From: Carcharhinus amblyrhynchos | Taxonomy: Eukaryota | Length of the DNA: 64,000 bases | Direction of reading: 5' to 3' | Assembly: GCA_965287045.1 (NCBI GenBank) | Contig: OZ336882.1 | Span: 19,840,001-19,904,000 of the forward strand | Shown here: piece by piece, positions 50,919-62,914 of the stretch | How the letters are laid out: each line of letters opens with the position of its first letter | Numbering within the stretch: the first letter of the stretch is position 1 | Notes under the pieces: generated by a model | Seen by the model: the letters and a program-made list of their open reading frames with translations, nothing else | What the model was told of the DNA's origin: nothing | Databases searched by the model: none | Translations under genes and position numbers: made by a program

Positions 50919-51276
50919 ATTTGATTTGATTTGATTCATTACTGTCACATGTATTAGTATACAGTGAAAAGTATTGTCTCTTGAACGCTACACAGACAAA
51001 GCATACCATTCATAGAGAAGGAAAGAAGAGAGTGCAGAATGTACTGTTACAGTTATAGCTAGGGCGTAGAGAAAGACCAACTTAATGCGAGTCAAAAGTC
51101 TGATGGCAGCAGGGAAGAAGCTGTTCTTGCCAAATACGTAAGAGATTTATTTAGCGCATTGTTAGAGAGTTTAAAAGAGTTGGAATGAAATTATAGCATA
51201 GAATGAGGGTAAAAGATAGAATTAGAAGGTGTGCTGGGCACAGCTTGCAAGAAGTCACCTTGCTCTGGTGCCATCT
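50919..51276 (-). mobile_element. Bipartite Rex1-derived element
   Basis: Rex1 3' UTR (50919-51128) joined to the 5' block shared with 41826-41948. Confidence 0.75.
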
Positions 51277-51665
51277 AGGTAAATCTTGTAGTGCAGTATA
51301 GTGTCCCAGTGTCTAGATCAGGAGATTTGGGTTCAAGTCCAACCCCAGGATTTGTTGGCCATGAAGGAGGATACAGTTCAATGGGCCGGTGATCAGCCTG
51401 GGAATCCTTCCACTACCTTCCCATTATTTCCCAAAGAAAAATTGTGCAGGAAGATACATTTAAAAATAATTGCCCTCTCTCCAATCTGAAAATATTGATA
51501 GAGAGGAAATAGGATTAATTCAAGCTCCAAATACTTGAGTGCCCTTCTTAAAATGAATACTTTTCCAGTTATTTCCTCCCTTTCCATTTAGTAAGTCCCA
51601 TCATGCCAGGTCTATTGGCTCTAATTAAAGGGGATGGTCCTTTAAACCAAAACCTCTACTGAAGT

Positions 51666-52175
51666 TTGATTTGATTTATCATTGTCCCATGTATTAGTAT
51701 ACAGTGAAAAGAATTGGTTCTTGCATGGTCAATAGACAAAGCATATCGTTCATAGAGAAGGAAAGGAATGCAGTGTTACAGTCATAGCTAGGGTGTAGAG
51801 AAAGATCAACTTCAAAAGTCTGCTGGCAGCAGGGAAGAAGTTGTTTTTGAGTCAGTTGGTAGGTGTCCTCAGATCTTTGTAACTTTTTCCCGATAGAAGA
51901 AGGTGGAAGAGAGTATGTCCGGGATGCAAGAGGTCGTTAATTATGCTGGCTGCTTTTCCGAGGCAGTTGGAAGTATAGGCAGAGTCAATGATGGGAAGCT
52001 GGTTTGCGTGATGGACTGGGCTACATTCACAATTCTTTGTAGCTTCTTGCGGTCTTGGGCAGAGTAGCAGCCATACCAAGCTGTGATACAACCAGAAAGA
52101 ATGTTTTCTGTGGGGCGTCTGTAAAAGTTGGTGAGACGTGGTGGACGTGCCAAATTTCCTTATTCTTCTGAGAGT
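51666..52175 (-). mobile_element. Rex1/Babar-type LINE 3' fragment
   Basis: LTNFYRRPTENILSGCITAWYGCYSAQDRKKLQRIVNVAQSI. Confidence 0.92.
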
Positions 52176-52964
52176 GGATGCAGTTGTAAGTGGTTTGGAA
52201 AACACAGAAAGGGATGACTCGACCTTCAAGTTTCTGTAACAGAAAAAAAAGGACAAATTGGCTTGCCTCGCCAACAGATCTCAAATCGAGATCTCAAACT
52301 GTGAGGCAATGCAAATATTTGGGTTTTATCTCTATTCTAATGACTGTTGTCTTGAAGTTATGATATTATCATGAAAACTTGGCACACTTGTCTCAATTTT
52401 CTCTTGGAGCTATTTTAACAAGGTTTTAGGCCATTTAAAATTAAAAAGGTTGACATTTCTGCTAATACGGTGGGGAAGAAATTTCATTTGAATGAATTAA
52501 GCATTCAGGCAACATTCTTTACAATCTCCAACATGTATCTTTCTCTTGAAGTTTGTACTCATCAAAGTATGAAACGTTCGTACAAAGGAAAGGAACAGTT
52601 TCTATTTGGACACCTAATGTTACAACCAAGCACTGTAGGTTGCCCACAGCATGGTTCAGTACAGAGCAAAGCTTGGAAAAGCACAGATGCCTGGAGATAT
52701 AGCACAGGTATACTACTAACTTCAGAAAAGTTAACACAACTTCAAGAAAGTGTTAGGCAGATGTGATTATCAGACTTTGACGTGCCATTGTGCAAGGAGT
52801 ATAATGGACACAGGCTTGCTCTTGACTTAAGCTACAGACAAGTTTGGCCTGTCACTTGTACAGCAGAAGATTGTGGTAAAAATTGCAAGGATTTACTCTT
52901 ATTTTTTGTGGAGAAATTGCCAGCTATTGTAGATGTCTGTTGCTATATTTACACACAAATGTAT

Positions 52965-53300
52965 ATAGACATAGAAGCAAGAGTTGGCTATTTGGCCCTT
53001 CAAATCTGCTCCCATTCATAATGACCATGGCTGATCATCAAGTTCAATACCCTGATCCTGCCTTCCCATATATCCCTAATTCCTTCTTGAAATCAGTTTA
53101 ATAAATGATTTTCAGATTGTTTATGTTGTTGTCACAGTGACTTGGGCTTTGTCTTTGTTTTGCTTCTCTCCTGCCCACACTCACATTATGAACATAGGAA
53201 CAGGAGTGGATCGTTCAGCCCCTCAAGTCTGTTCTGCCATCCAGTTAAGACCAGGGCTGATCTGAGCTTCAACTCCATTCTTCCTCACTTAGCTCCATCG
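52965..53300 (-). mobile_element. Two short CR1 3' ends
   Basis: atagacatagaagcaagagttggc...catggctgatc and gaacataggaacaggagtgg...gctgatctg are antisense CR1 tails. Confidence 0.7.
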
Positions 53301-53574
53301 TTTATATTGGAACTGCCCTGCTTGCCCTCTTCCCTCAGCTCACGTTTGTCTACCCTTCCTCTCCAGTTCATTTCTTTCCCCGAATGTCTCTGCCCAACCC
53401 AACTCCTGGAAAATTGAACTCTGGTCCATGTGGGAAGAGGTCTGGATCTCATGCAACACCCATAAGAACTTTTTTGCCATATGCATGCATCATTAGTATA
53501 GCCCATGGAACCACAGCATTAGATAGGATCTGAGAATGGTATTGATGAGATAAGAGTTGGGACTAGTACTGATA

Positions 53575-54070
53575 TACCCCTCACTCCCACCGATTACCCC
53601 CCCCCAGAGGCCGTGCCCCATTAGGCCCCATCCCAGTTAAAACCGGACCCCTTGACACTGACTGATATCTGATGGGCAATGCCACGCTGCCCCCTGGGCA
53701 TTACGACTTTGTCCCTTGTATTGTTTCAGGGGGCCAGGCTGGCACTGCCAAGCTGGCAATGCCCAGGGAACACCCCCCCCCCCCCCAACCCTCCTGGAGG
53801 CCCCCTTCATTCCAGCAGGGTTGGGTCACCAGCTCCTTGCAAGTGGGGAGCTATTTTAAACCCTGCTGGAATGAAACACACCTGACGGGGGCAGAGACTT
53901 TAGCAGTCCCAGGCCCGCTAATCTTATGTTCAACATATTAAATGCGCATTTAAATAATTCATTCAACTTGGTGCAATTTCTAGCCCGGAGCTGACGGCAC
54001 TGGAAATCCGGCTGCCAAAGACTCATGGAGGCCATGGCACCTAGCAGGAAGACCGCAAAATGACCTCGGC
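53575..54070. mobile_element. GC-rich non-autonomous repeat; inverted homolog of 55560-56560
   Basis: Shared blocks ggcactgcca/gctggcaatgcc, ttccagcagggttgg, ggggagct and ggagctga. Confidence 0.6.
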
Positions 54071-54074
54071 TTAA

Positions 54075-54565
54075 GTGCTATTCAGACAAAACATACCATT
54101 CATAGAGTACATAGGGGAGAAGGAAAGGAGAGGGTGCTGAATATAGTGTTGCAGTCATAGCTAGGGTGAAGAGAAAGATCAGCTTAATATATGGTAGGTC
54201 CACTCAACGTCTGATGGCACCAGGGAAGTAGCTGTTCTTGAGTCAGTCAGTATTCTCAGAGTTTATTCCGATGGAAGAAGATGGAAGAGACTATGCCTGG
54301 GGTGTGTGAGGTCCTTGATTATGCTGGCTCTTTTCCAAGGCAGCAGGAAGTGTCGACAAAGTCAATAGTGGGAAGCTGGTTTGCATGATGGATTGGGCTA
54401 CATTCACAACCCTTTGTAATCTCTTGCAATCTTGGTCAGAGCAGGAACCATACCAAGCTGTGATACAACTGGAAAGGATGTTTTCTGTAGTGCATCTGTA
54501 AAAATTGGTGAGAGTCGTAGGGGAAATGCCGAAATTCCTTAGCCTCCCGAGAAAGTAGGGGCGCT
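54075..54565 (-). mobile_element. Rex1/Babar-type LINE 3' fragment
   Basis: YFLGRLRNFGISPTTLTNFYRCTTENILSSCITAWYGSCS. Confidence 0.92.
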
Positions 54566-55559
54566 GAGACTGAAAATGACAATGACCAGCATTAGCCATT
54601 TGTGTTGAGATTGGCTCACACATATCCTGCGCCAATGCAACAATTTCACATAATTGAACGGTGAGGCAGAGAGCAAGATGCTTTTCCGCAAAACTAGTAA
54701 TGCAGCGACATGACTCGGACAACAACTTTCTGATATTTGAGCTTAAGCACCTACGCCTATTTAAAGTTGCTGAACCATTGGTGCGTAGGTAACAGTAACA
54801 TTAGCCCCGCTGTTATTTTAACAGCAAATTAAGGGCCATTGTAACTTTGTGGGGTTTTTTTTAGAAACACGATAAATGACTTTCAAGCTATTTTATCAGG
54901 GCAGAATCCCTTAAACAGCAAGCTGAATTTGTCAGAAGAAGAAAAACACTTATCTCTATTTCCACTGTTGCTGGCTGTTCACAAAACTGATCCATGTGGA
55001 TAAATTGCTTCCAACCCAGAGGCATTTATATGGAGAAGCCTATAAAGCTCAGATCAGTGACTTTTTAAAAGCTACAGCAAAAAAATCTGTCAGATGTTGA
55101 GAATTAGACAGCTCAGTCAGGCATTTCTACTTTCATGCCATTAATGTGTAGCTTGGAATCACAGAATAAGCTCTTGTTTATGAGGGAGAGCTTGCTCTTA
55201 GCGGACTATGACCATTATAACCTGGTAGAGGGAGTCCATACAGTAAGGAGGTTGGCTCTGAAAGGGACAGTTGTACTCAGAAGGAGGTGTCTGACATATT
55301 TTTCAGGGGCAGAAACAAACCTCATTTTTCTCACAATGATTTTGCCATTAATGAAGGATTAGTGCCCTTCAACTGGATGGACATCTTCTTCCGTGCATTT
55401 ACAAGAAACAGATTGCTAAATACCAGTGCAGTCCACCTTTTAAAGTGAAGTAAGTGCTGTGTTTGTTTACATTTCCATCTATTCCAGCAGAGACCCATAA
55501 AACATTTACCGTGCAGTAATTATCTTTATTGATACAGTACGGGAACAGTTCTCCCAGCC

Positions 55560-56560
55560 TGGCGTGCTCAAGTAGCGCAAACATCAGCAGAGGTGGTTTT
55601 GTAGGCTTCCTGCTGGATGCCCAGGCCTCTGCACATCTCCAGGTCCGGGTTTCTCACAATAATCAGCTCCGCGTCGCAAATTGGCATGGAGCTGATTACA
55701 GTATGCTAATCGGCATTTCCATTTCATTTGTGGGCCCAGGACTGAAGTCTCTGGGCCTGCTAGCATCTCACCGCCACCCCAACACCCCCAGCCCCCTCCC
55801 CGCTAGGAGTAGTTCACTCCAGTGGGATTTACAACAGCTCCCTACTAAGAGGGGACAAGCGGTCCAACCCTGCTGGAGTGAAGGTAGGGCACTGAGGCCC
55901 CCCCCCCCAACGAGGTCAGGGGTAAGGGGGATTACCCCTCGGGCAGTGCCAGACTGGCATTGCCAGCTTTGCCCCCCGGCACTGCCCAAGAGGAAAACTG
56001 ACAATGCCCAAGGGAAACCTTGGCTTTGCCCACTGGGCTCCAGGCAGTGCCAAGGTGGTGGGTCCACGGGGTGGGGGGGGGAATTGGATGGTGGCGCCTA
56101 ATGGGGGCATGATCGGTGGAAGTGGGGAACCTGCTGTCACTCAGCATCCGGGATAGGTGGATCGGTGGGAGAGGGAGAGAGGACAGAGATCGGGGCTGGC
56201 CGTCTGGGTGGAGGTTCAGAACTGCCAGATGGGTGTGGCTGCCGGGGATGACAGGGAAGTGGGGGGGGGTCAGTCGGGATTGTCGGCGGAGGGAGAGTCA
56301 GGAGATTGAGAAAGGCCATAGAAGTGGGGACATCGGGACTTGCCCAGGGAGGTCGGAAGGCCGGTGATTGGCGGGGTGGGGGATCAGCAAGAGCAGCGAT
56401 GGGGATTGCTGAGCTGGCCAGCGATCTGGAGGCTGGCAGTATGCGGGTACCGAGCATGTGCTGATCTCAGCACTGGCAAGTCAGTGCATGTGCCGTGGCC
56501 CGCTCAGTATTATGCTACCAGCCTTGCAACTGGAATTGGCCATGCTGCCTGATTTTCAAA
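55560..56560. mobile_element. GC-rich non-autonomous repeat, probably DNA-transposon-derived
   Basis: Inverted homology to 53575-54070; recurring GGCA(C/G)TGCC and GATCG motifs. Confidence 0.55.
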
Positions 56561-56991
56561 GGAAATGATGCCCACTATATGGGATATTTAATCTGAAAAT
56601 CATGCTTAAAAAAAAAACAGTGGAAGTTACTCCCATTTTCATGCGAAATGGGGACATGGAATTTTTTTTGGGAGAATATATCTCCCTCCTGTGCATTCCA
56701 CCCTTTCCATGCTATCCCTCTCATCCCATGCCTATCCCATTCTCTCCAACCCTCTCATATAATCCCCATTCCCTCCTTTCCACTCTTTCCTCCTATGCCA
56801 TCCCCAACTCAATTCCCTTCCTCACATGCCTTCCTCCCTTCCCCCACTCGCGTGCCTTATTTTTAGTGAGGCTGTTCTCCAAACCGTGTGTTGTTCTGCA
56901 CCAGAGGGATAACAGTTAGTTCTTTAGCTATTTTGAAATTTTATTTTAACGGTTAGACACTGATTGTACCCAGACACCACCCACCAGACAG

Positions 56992-57190
56992 TAAAGGTAA
57001 AGTCACCAAAGTCCCAGATGACCATAGCTTGTCTGGTGGTGATTTAACCTGAGGGTCACCACACCTCTGGCAAGGGGCAAGGTGGAAAAGGCGGGCCTTC
57101 ATGAGTAACCTCAGCCAGTACAGGAATTTAAGCAGTGGTGTTGGCATCGCTCTGCATGACGCACCAATTGTCCAGCCAACTGAGCTAACT
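56992..57190 (-). mobile_element. tRNA-derived SINE, third family
   Basis: Minus strand starts gttagctcagttggctggac (A box) and ends ...gactttacctttac. Confidence 0.65.
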
Positions 57191-57505
57191 GATTCTCACC
57201 AACAACCTTATGCTGAATGCGGTATTATGGGTAAAGTATAGACACAAAAGGTTGTGACAGAGAGGCGGACAAGAATGGTTGTGATGGATAGCTGTGAAAT
57301 CTGGGGACAGAAGCTCATTTCAGTGGAACGGAACTTTTTTTTTACAGGATAGCAGTTAGGAAAGACGAAACCATAAATAATGGCGGAATTGATGTTTTTC
57401 ACAAATGTGTACACAGGGTTAAGTCATTGAGGGGAAATGTGTTTGGCGCAAACAAGGGTACTGAGCCCGGGATAGACAAGTGAATATAACTGTTTCTGCT
57501 TCTAA

Positions 57506-57787
57506 AAGTAAAGTTTATTTATTAGTCACAAGTAAGGCATACATTAACACTGCAATGAAGTTACTGTGGAAATCCCCCAGTCGCCACAGTCCGGCACCTG
57601 CTCAAGGCAATGCGTCTAACCAGCATGTCTTTCAGAATGTGGGAGGAAATTGGAGCACCTGAAGGAAACCCACGCAGACATGGGGAGAACACGCAGATTC
57701 CACTCAGACAGTGACCCATGCCAGGAATTGAACCTGTTTCCCTAGCGCTGTGAAGCAGCAGTGCTAACCACTGTGCGCTGCCATGCC
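57506..57787 (-). mobile_element. V-SINE/HE1-like SINE, tail type B
   Basis: Antisense tail B, core and head. Confidence 0.9.
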
Positions 57788-58364
57788 GATTCTAACCTTA
57801 CCGAACATAACCTGGGCATTCTTGATGAAATGATTATTTTCTCCTGTCTCACTCCTTGATGATCGTAAATAAGAGTCCTTTATTCAATCAATGCCTTGAG
57901 CCTCACATCTCATCTGCTGTGCTATGTGCACCTATATGCCTGCACACAATGTATAATTGATATCAAATCAATATATTCTGTGTATAGGGTAGAAAGATTT
58001 ACAGGAATTGAGTGACGCAGAAGCGCTGATTGACCTAGTTAGCAAGGCTGTGCTAGTTGACAGCACTTGTAATTGAATATCATATTGATCACTGATGATG
58101 ATTAACATCACAGTATGGGCTTTTCAGTATTTACAAAATTGCTCATTTCGGTGAGCCTAACTCCTAACAGCATAGTTTTAAGGGCAACAGAATCCAATTT
58201 GCTTACTCCAGACCTGAGGTCAATTTTGTAAAATCCCCTGCACTTTGTTCCATCTGAAAATGAGATGAAAAAATTAAACCAGCAGGAGTCTGAAGGCTGT
58301 TCAAACAGCAGCTGCTTTGTTCTGCATTTACAGATTAAAATAGTATCCAAAGTTGCTGGAATAG

Positions 58365-58715
58365 TCTTTTTATTCATTCATGGGACATGGGCATCGCTGG
58401 CTGGCCAGCATTTATTGCCCATGCCTAGTTACCCAAGGGCAATTGAGAGTCAACCGCATTACTGTGGCTACGGAGTCACACATAGGCCAGACCAGGTAAG
58501 ATTTCCTTCCCTAAAGCACATTAGTGAACCAGATGGGATTTTTCAACAATTGACAATGATTCCATGGTCGTCAGTAGATTCTTAATTCCAGATACATATA
58601 TTTTTAATTGAATTCAACTTCCACCAGCTTCCATGGTGGGATTTGAACCTTGATCCATTAGCTGAGTTTCTGCATTAATAGTTTAGCAATAATACCATTA
58701 GGCTATTGCCTCCGC
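58365..58715 (-). mobile_element. tRNA-derived SINE, second family
   Basis: Collinear homology with 36830-37175. Confidence 0.78.
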
Positions 58716-59567
58716 ATTGAAGTAGGGTTGAGATGGGGTATCAAGATCTGGAATAGGGTCAAATTTCTCAAAGACCTTCCACATCCTTGAGCTTTAGTTT
58801 TATGGGGAAAAATCCACGGTATTTAAAGCATCGATGGAGAATTTGGTTCAGCTGGTTGATGTGGATGGGATTTAGCTTTGGCATCTTGATTGCCGCGTAA
58901 ATGAACCAGAACAGGTGGCCCTAAAACTTTAGCAGAACAGAAGTGGTGTTGCTTTTCTGGAGGCTAGTTTGTTTATGTTTACTCTGGGCGTCAGGAACTT
59001 TCTGCAATTTGTTTTACGACCCTGTATTATGAGAAGGAAGATTGACTGACAAGTCAGGTGGTTCCTCCCCAGGACAATCCAAGTATAGGGATCTTTTCAG
59101 AGGCTGAATATTGAGCTTAACTTTAGCTAGTACAAAGATTCGCGACTACAGTGTCCCGGTGAGAGATGTTTCTTTATTGACCGACGCACACTGGGAGAGA
59201 AGGGCTGAGCAGTCCAACTCTTCTCTGAAGTTACATCACAGTGGCAATATAATTATACAACTTCCAAAAGACATTTAACCCTCCTTCTGGCTTATCATGA
59301 ACCAATCATCATTAGTAAGGTCAATCATCATTTGTAAATGCCATAAACCTTGGCCAATTACAGGTAATCTCTGACAGCATGAGAACAATAAATTCTTAAC
59401 GGTTTCTGCCTGACTTTCCCATGGCTACCTGTTCTGAACTCTTATCTGGTTTAACAATTTGCTTATTCATCAAACTGTCTGGAATCACAAACTTGTCCTT
59501 GCTCGCAGAGTGTCTCATTCACTGAGCTGTCTGGCACCTGTGCTGATAATGGCTATGATTCTATGAC

Positions 59568-61384
59568 TGTTATAAAGAATGTTGTTCACTTCACTTGACT
59601 ATTTTCCTCTGATGCCTTAGAACTCTGTGCCATTAGCCAAGCTGTATGCTTGTTCAATTATCTACTTTCAGAAATATATATATTTAAATTCTTTAACTGT
59701 GGTTATATGTGTTTCTATGCATACAGTACCTCTAAAATATATATAAGGCAGTCTGTGATACTTATCTAAAGTTAAACCATTCTGTTCTAATAATCTTTAT
59801 TAGTGTTTTAAATCCCAGATTATTTTGAAGCCCTCTAACTCCAAGGATTCATTTTCAGTTTTTGGCTTAGAGTAAGAAGCTGTTCTGGTTGTCAAGTGGC
59901 AGACAGATTTTTTCTCTGTCTCTCTCTCCCTGGTTTAGAAAGTTGTGCTGGCTAGCTGGAAGCAAATCTCCTGGCCTTCATAGAGTGAAGTAACTAGAGT
60001 CTCCCTCCCTGGTGTTTTGGGAAGCTGTTCTGACTTCAAGCTTGTCTGTTGTGTGTGTATCAAGAGAACTGTAGCATCCAACCAAGGGTCTAAGTTACAG
60101 CATCATGTGAGCATTCATATTTTCTGTGCTAAATCTATGGCAAGAGTTTTGTTTAAGTAGGGTTGTTTGGTTGGAACATTTCATGTATTTGTCAAGGGTT
60201 ATACAAAACCATGGTTGCTTTTTTTTTGCTTGTAACTGGTAAAAGTTATTGCTAATTATCTTTCTATACATGTTAACTGCGTTCTTAAATGAACTTTGTT
60301 TGATAAAAGCTCCCTTGTGGCTCATTTTAATCATACCTGAAGGGAAACATCTCATACTTACCCTTGCCAAATTCAAATTGTAAAACTTATGATCCAGTTG
60401 GACTTCATGAAACACTTTGGAGTTTCTAATCTGAGTTATAGCAATTGGGAGCTCGTCCGGATTGAAATATTGAAATATTCCTTGATTGGTTTGGGATTAT
60501 TGGGCTCAAAAACATTGAGTGGTGAGCATATTAGTGCTTTCTTTGCAGGTATTAGATTCAGGTTTAAATAGGGAGTGCCTTGTGGAATAATGGCTCCTTC
60601 AGAGGCTAAGAAGTTCCCAAGAGTGGAAGAAGTCACGCTGGCTGGTTTACAAAAGATGATTAAAACAAAGCTTTTGGAATTGGCAAAAACATTGCAGTTG
60701 ACATTACCTGACAACGTAAGGAAGGGGAAGATAATTGTGGCGATAGCTCAGCATTTAAAATTGCCAGAAACACAGTCAGAATCATTGGAAATGGTAGAAT
60801 TCAATTACAAATGAAACAGCTTGAACGTGGAAAATAATTAAAGCAGCTTGAGTTCAAAATAAAGGAAAGAGAGAGAATAGTGAAAGCCAGAGAAAGGGAT
60901 GTCATTGCAGGAGAGAAAGCAGGGAAAGAGAGAAACAGCAAACAAAATAATAGAAACAGTTTGAATTACAAAAAGGAAAAGGAATGAAACTGCTTGAATT
61001 GCAGGTAGGGGACAAAGAAAAAGAGTGTGTGTGAACTTCGGAAACTGGCAATAAAGAGTGAACATCAGTTTAAATTGGCAGAGCTGAAGGGAAAAGTATA
61101 GGTTGAGAGTAGTGATGAGGATGGTGAGAAAGAGCAAGAGCGTTGCAGTCAAAGGCTTTGTGGGGATCTATTTAAATGTGTCCAAGCATTGCCAAGGTTT
61201 GATTAGAAGGATGTAGAAGCCTTTTTCATTTCATTTGAGAGAGTGGCTAAACAAGTGAAGTGGCCACGGACCATGTGGGTATTACTGATTCAAACAAAGT
61301 TGGCAGGTAGAGCTAGTGAAGTGTTTGCATCACTATCAGAGGACTTCATAAAACACTGTGGAGTTTCTGACCTGAATCATAACA
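59568..61384 (+). mobile_element. Internally deleted Gypsy-type LTR retrotransposon: 5' LTR, tRNA-Pro PBS, decayed gag, last 44 bp of the 3' LTR
   Basis: LTR ends ttatagCA at 60443; PBS TGGGAGCTCGTCCGGAT at 60446-60462; gag-like KTKLLELAK, coiled-coil region and DVEAFFISFERVAKQVKWP...LIQTKLAGRASEVFASL; 61341-61384 repeats 60400-60443; the LTR start is uncertain. Confidence 0.85.
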
Positions 61385-61812
61385 CAGGACATTTTGAACA
61401 ACCTCAAACATTCATCTTCATCTTACAAATCTGTGATGATCTGGAAAAGATGATGGAAAACATTCTGAATAAATCTTCTGAAATGTACAGGGAATTGATC
61501 TGGAGATATTTGAGTCTAATCGCACCTTCATATCCATTTAGATTTGTCTTTGTCGGGTTTTTGACACAAACAAAATATTGCCTTGCAAAGCACTTGCTGA
61601 TTATCAGTGGACTGGTGCGATTCATTAGGCACTTGTACAGAACCACAATCTTGAACTCCACTTGCCAGAATGCTGCAACATGCAATGGTGGATTGTGAAT
61701 GTGCACTTGCATTGCAGACCACCATGAGCCCGTGAGGTTATTCATGCCTGAGGAAACGAAGGAATAGGAACAGGTATACGCCTAATGGCCTTTCAAGCCT
61801 GCTCCACCACTG

Positions 61813-62100
61813 TAAAGTTTATTTATTAGTTTCACAATTAGGCTTACATTAACACTGCAATGAAGTTGCTGTGAAAATCCCCTCGTCGCCACATTCCAGC
61901 ACCTGTTTGGGTACACTGAGGGAGAATTTAGGATGGCCAATGCACCTAACCAGCATGTCTTTCAAACTGTGGGAGGGAACCAGAGCACCCGGAGGAAACC
62001 CACGCAGCCTTCGCACAGGCAGTGACCCAAGCTGGGAATCGAACCCGAGTTCCTGGTGCTGTGAGGCAGCAGTGCTAACCACTGTGCTACGGTGCCGCCC
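61813..62100 (-). mobile_element. V-SINE/HE1-like SINE, tail type B
   Basis: Antisense tail B, core and full head ending gccgccc. Confidence 0.92.
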
Positions 62101-62914
62101 ACACAATCAGAGCAAATTCTTGACTTCAGGTTTCCCATCCTAGCTCCATTGTGGGCAGTTGCAATGAGATCGCCAAGCAAGTTCTACAGGAAGAGAAATA
62201 AACCTTAGACCAATAACAGTATTAAATTGTTTTACTTTACTGGTGCCCTTTCACTTGCTGAATAGAAACCCTGCATCCTATTAGCATTCTCTTGCCTTCT
62301 TGTCATGGTTAAGAGGTGACAGAAAGTGACTTAAAGTAGTTATTAGCCCTGCTGGGGTTATTAATATTGGATTTTCTTTTACAAAGCAAACCTGGTAACT
62401 TAGAATCACTGGGCTAATTCCTATTCAAGATTGCTGAGGGCGCTGAGTTTAAAAAAAAGTTTCTCCCCATGAAATTTATTATTTTAGGTGACAGAGTTAT
62501 GAATACCATATGAGAGATTGCTAAATATAACTAACATTTATCACACAACATAAACTGTTTGAAAAAAAAATCGAACATGTCCTGTTTTACTGGGACATTT
62601 GGTGACTAAATTAGTGCTCACCTTTTTAAATTAATGCCCATGGGTGATATATGTGCTGCTTAGTCTTCGAAAGAAAATAGAATTGATTATACGTATTCCA
62701 AATGTGTCACAGGATGGCTTTTTAAAACTCCTTGTGTGGGCTTACTGTTACATATCTTGGTGTTTCTCACAATTTCTCAATCCCCGGATCATCTGCTAAT
62801 ATCTGCTTGCTCTCGCATTCTATTTCTCCATCTTCTGTCTTCTTTCATGGAGTCTCATGTTCTGTAGTAGAATCCTACCCTCCAAAGTGCTATTCTTCTA
62901 CCCCAATCAACGTG

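Noticed and set aside
49733-50974. DNA transposon with 254-bp TIRs carrying RTE cargo
   Set aside because: The right arm runs seamlessly into a Rex1 3' UTR, the left arm interrupts RTE coding sequence, and there is no outer TSD; templated duplication fits better
55529-56101. Longest ORF in the track (190 aa)
   Set aside because: Non-ATG start, lies in a GC-rich repeat, low-complexity translation with no recognisable domain
59010-59560. Possible additional LTR upstream of the Gypsy element
   Set aside because: LTR-like start and antisense AATAAA are present, but I could not define a matching end or TSD
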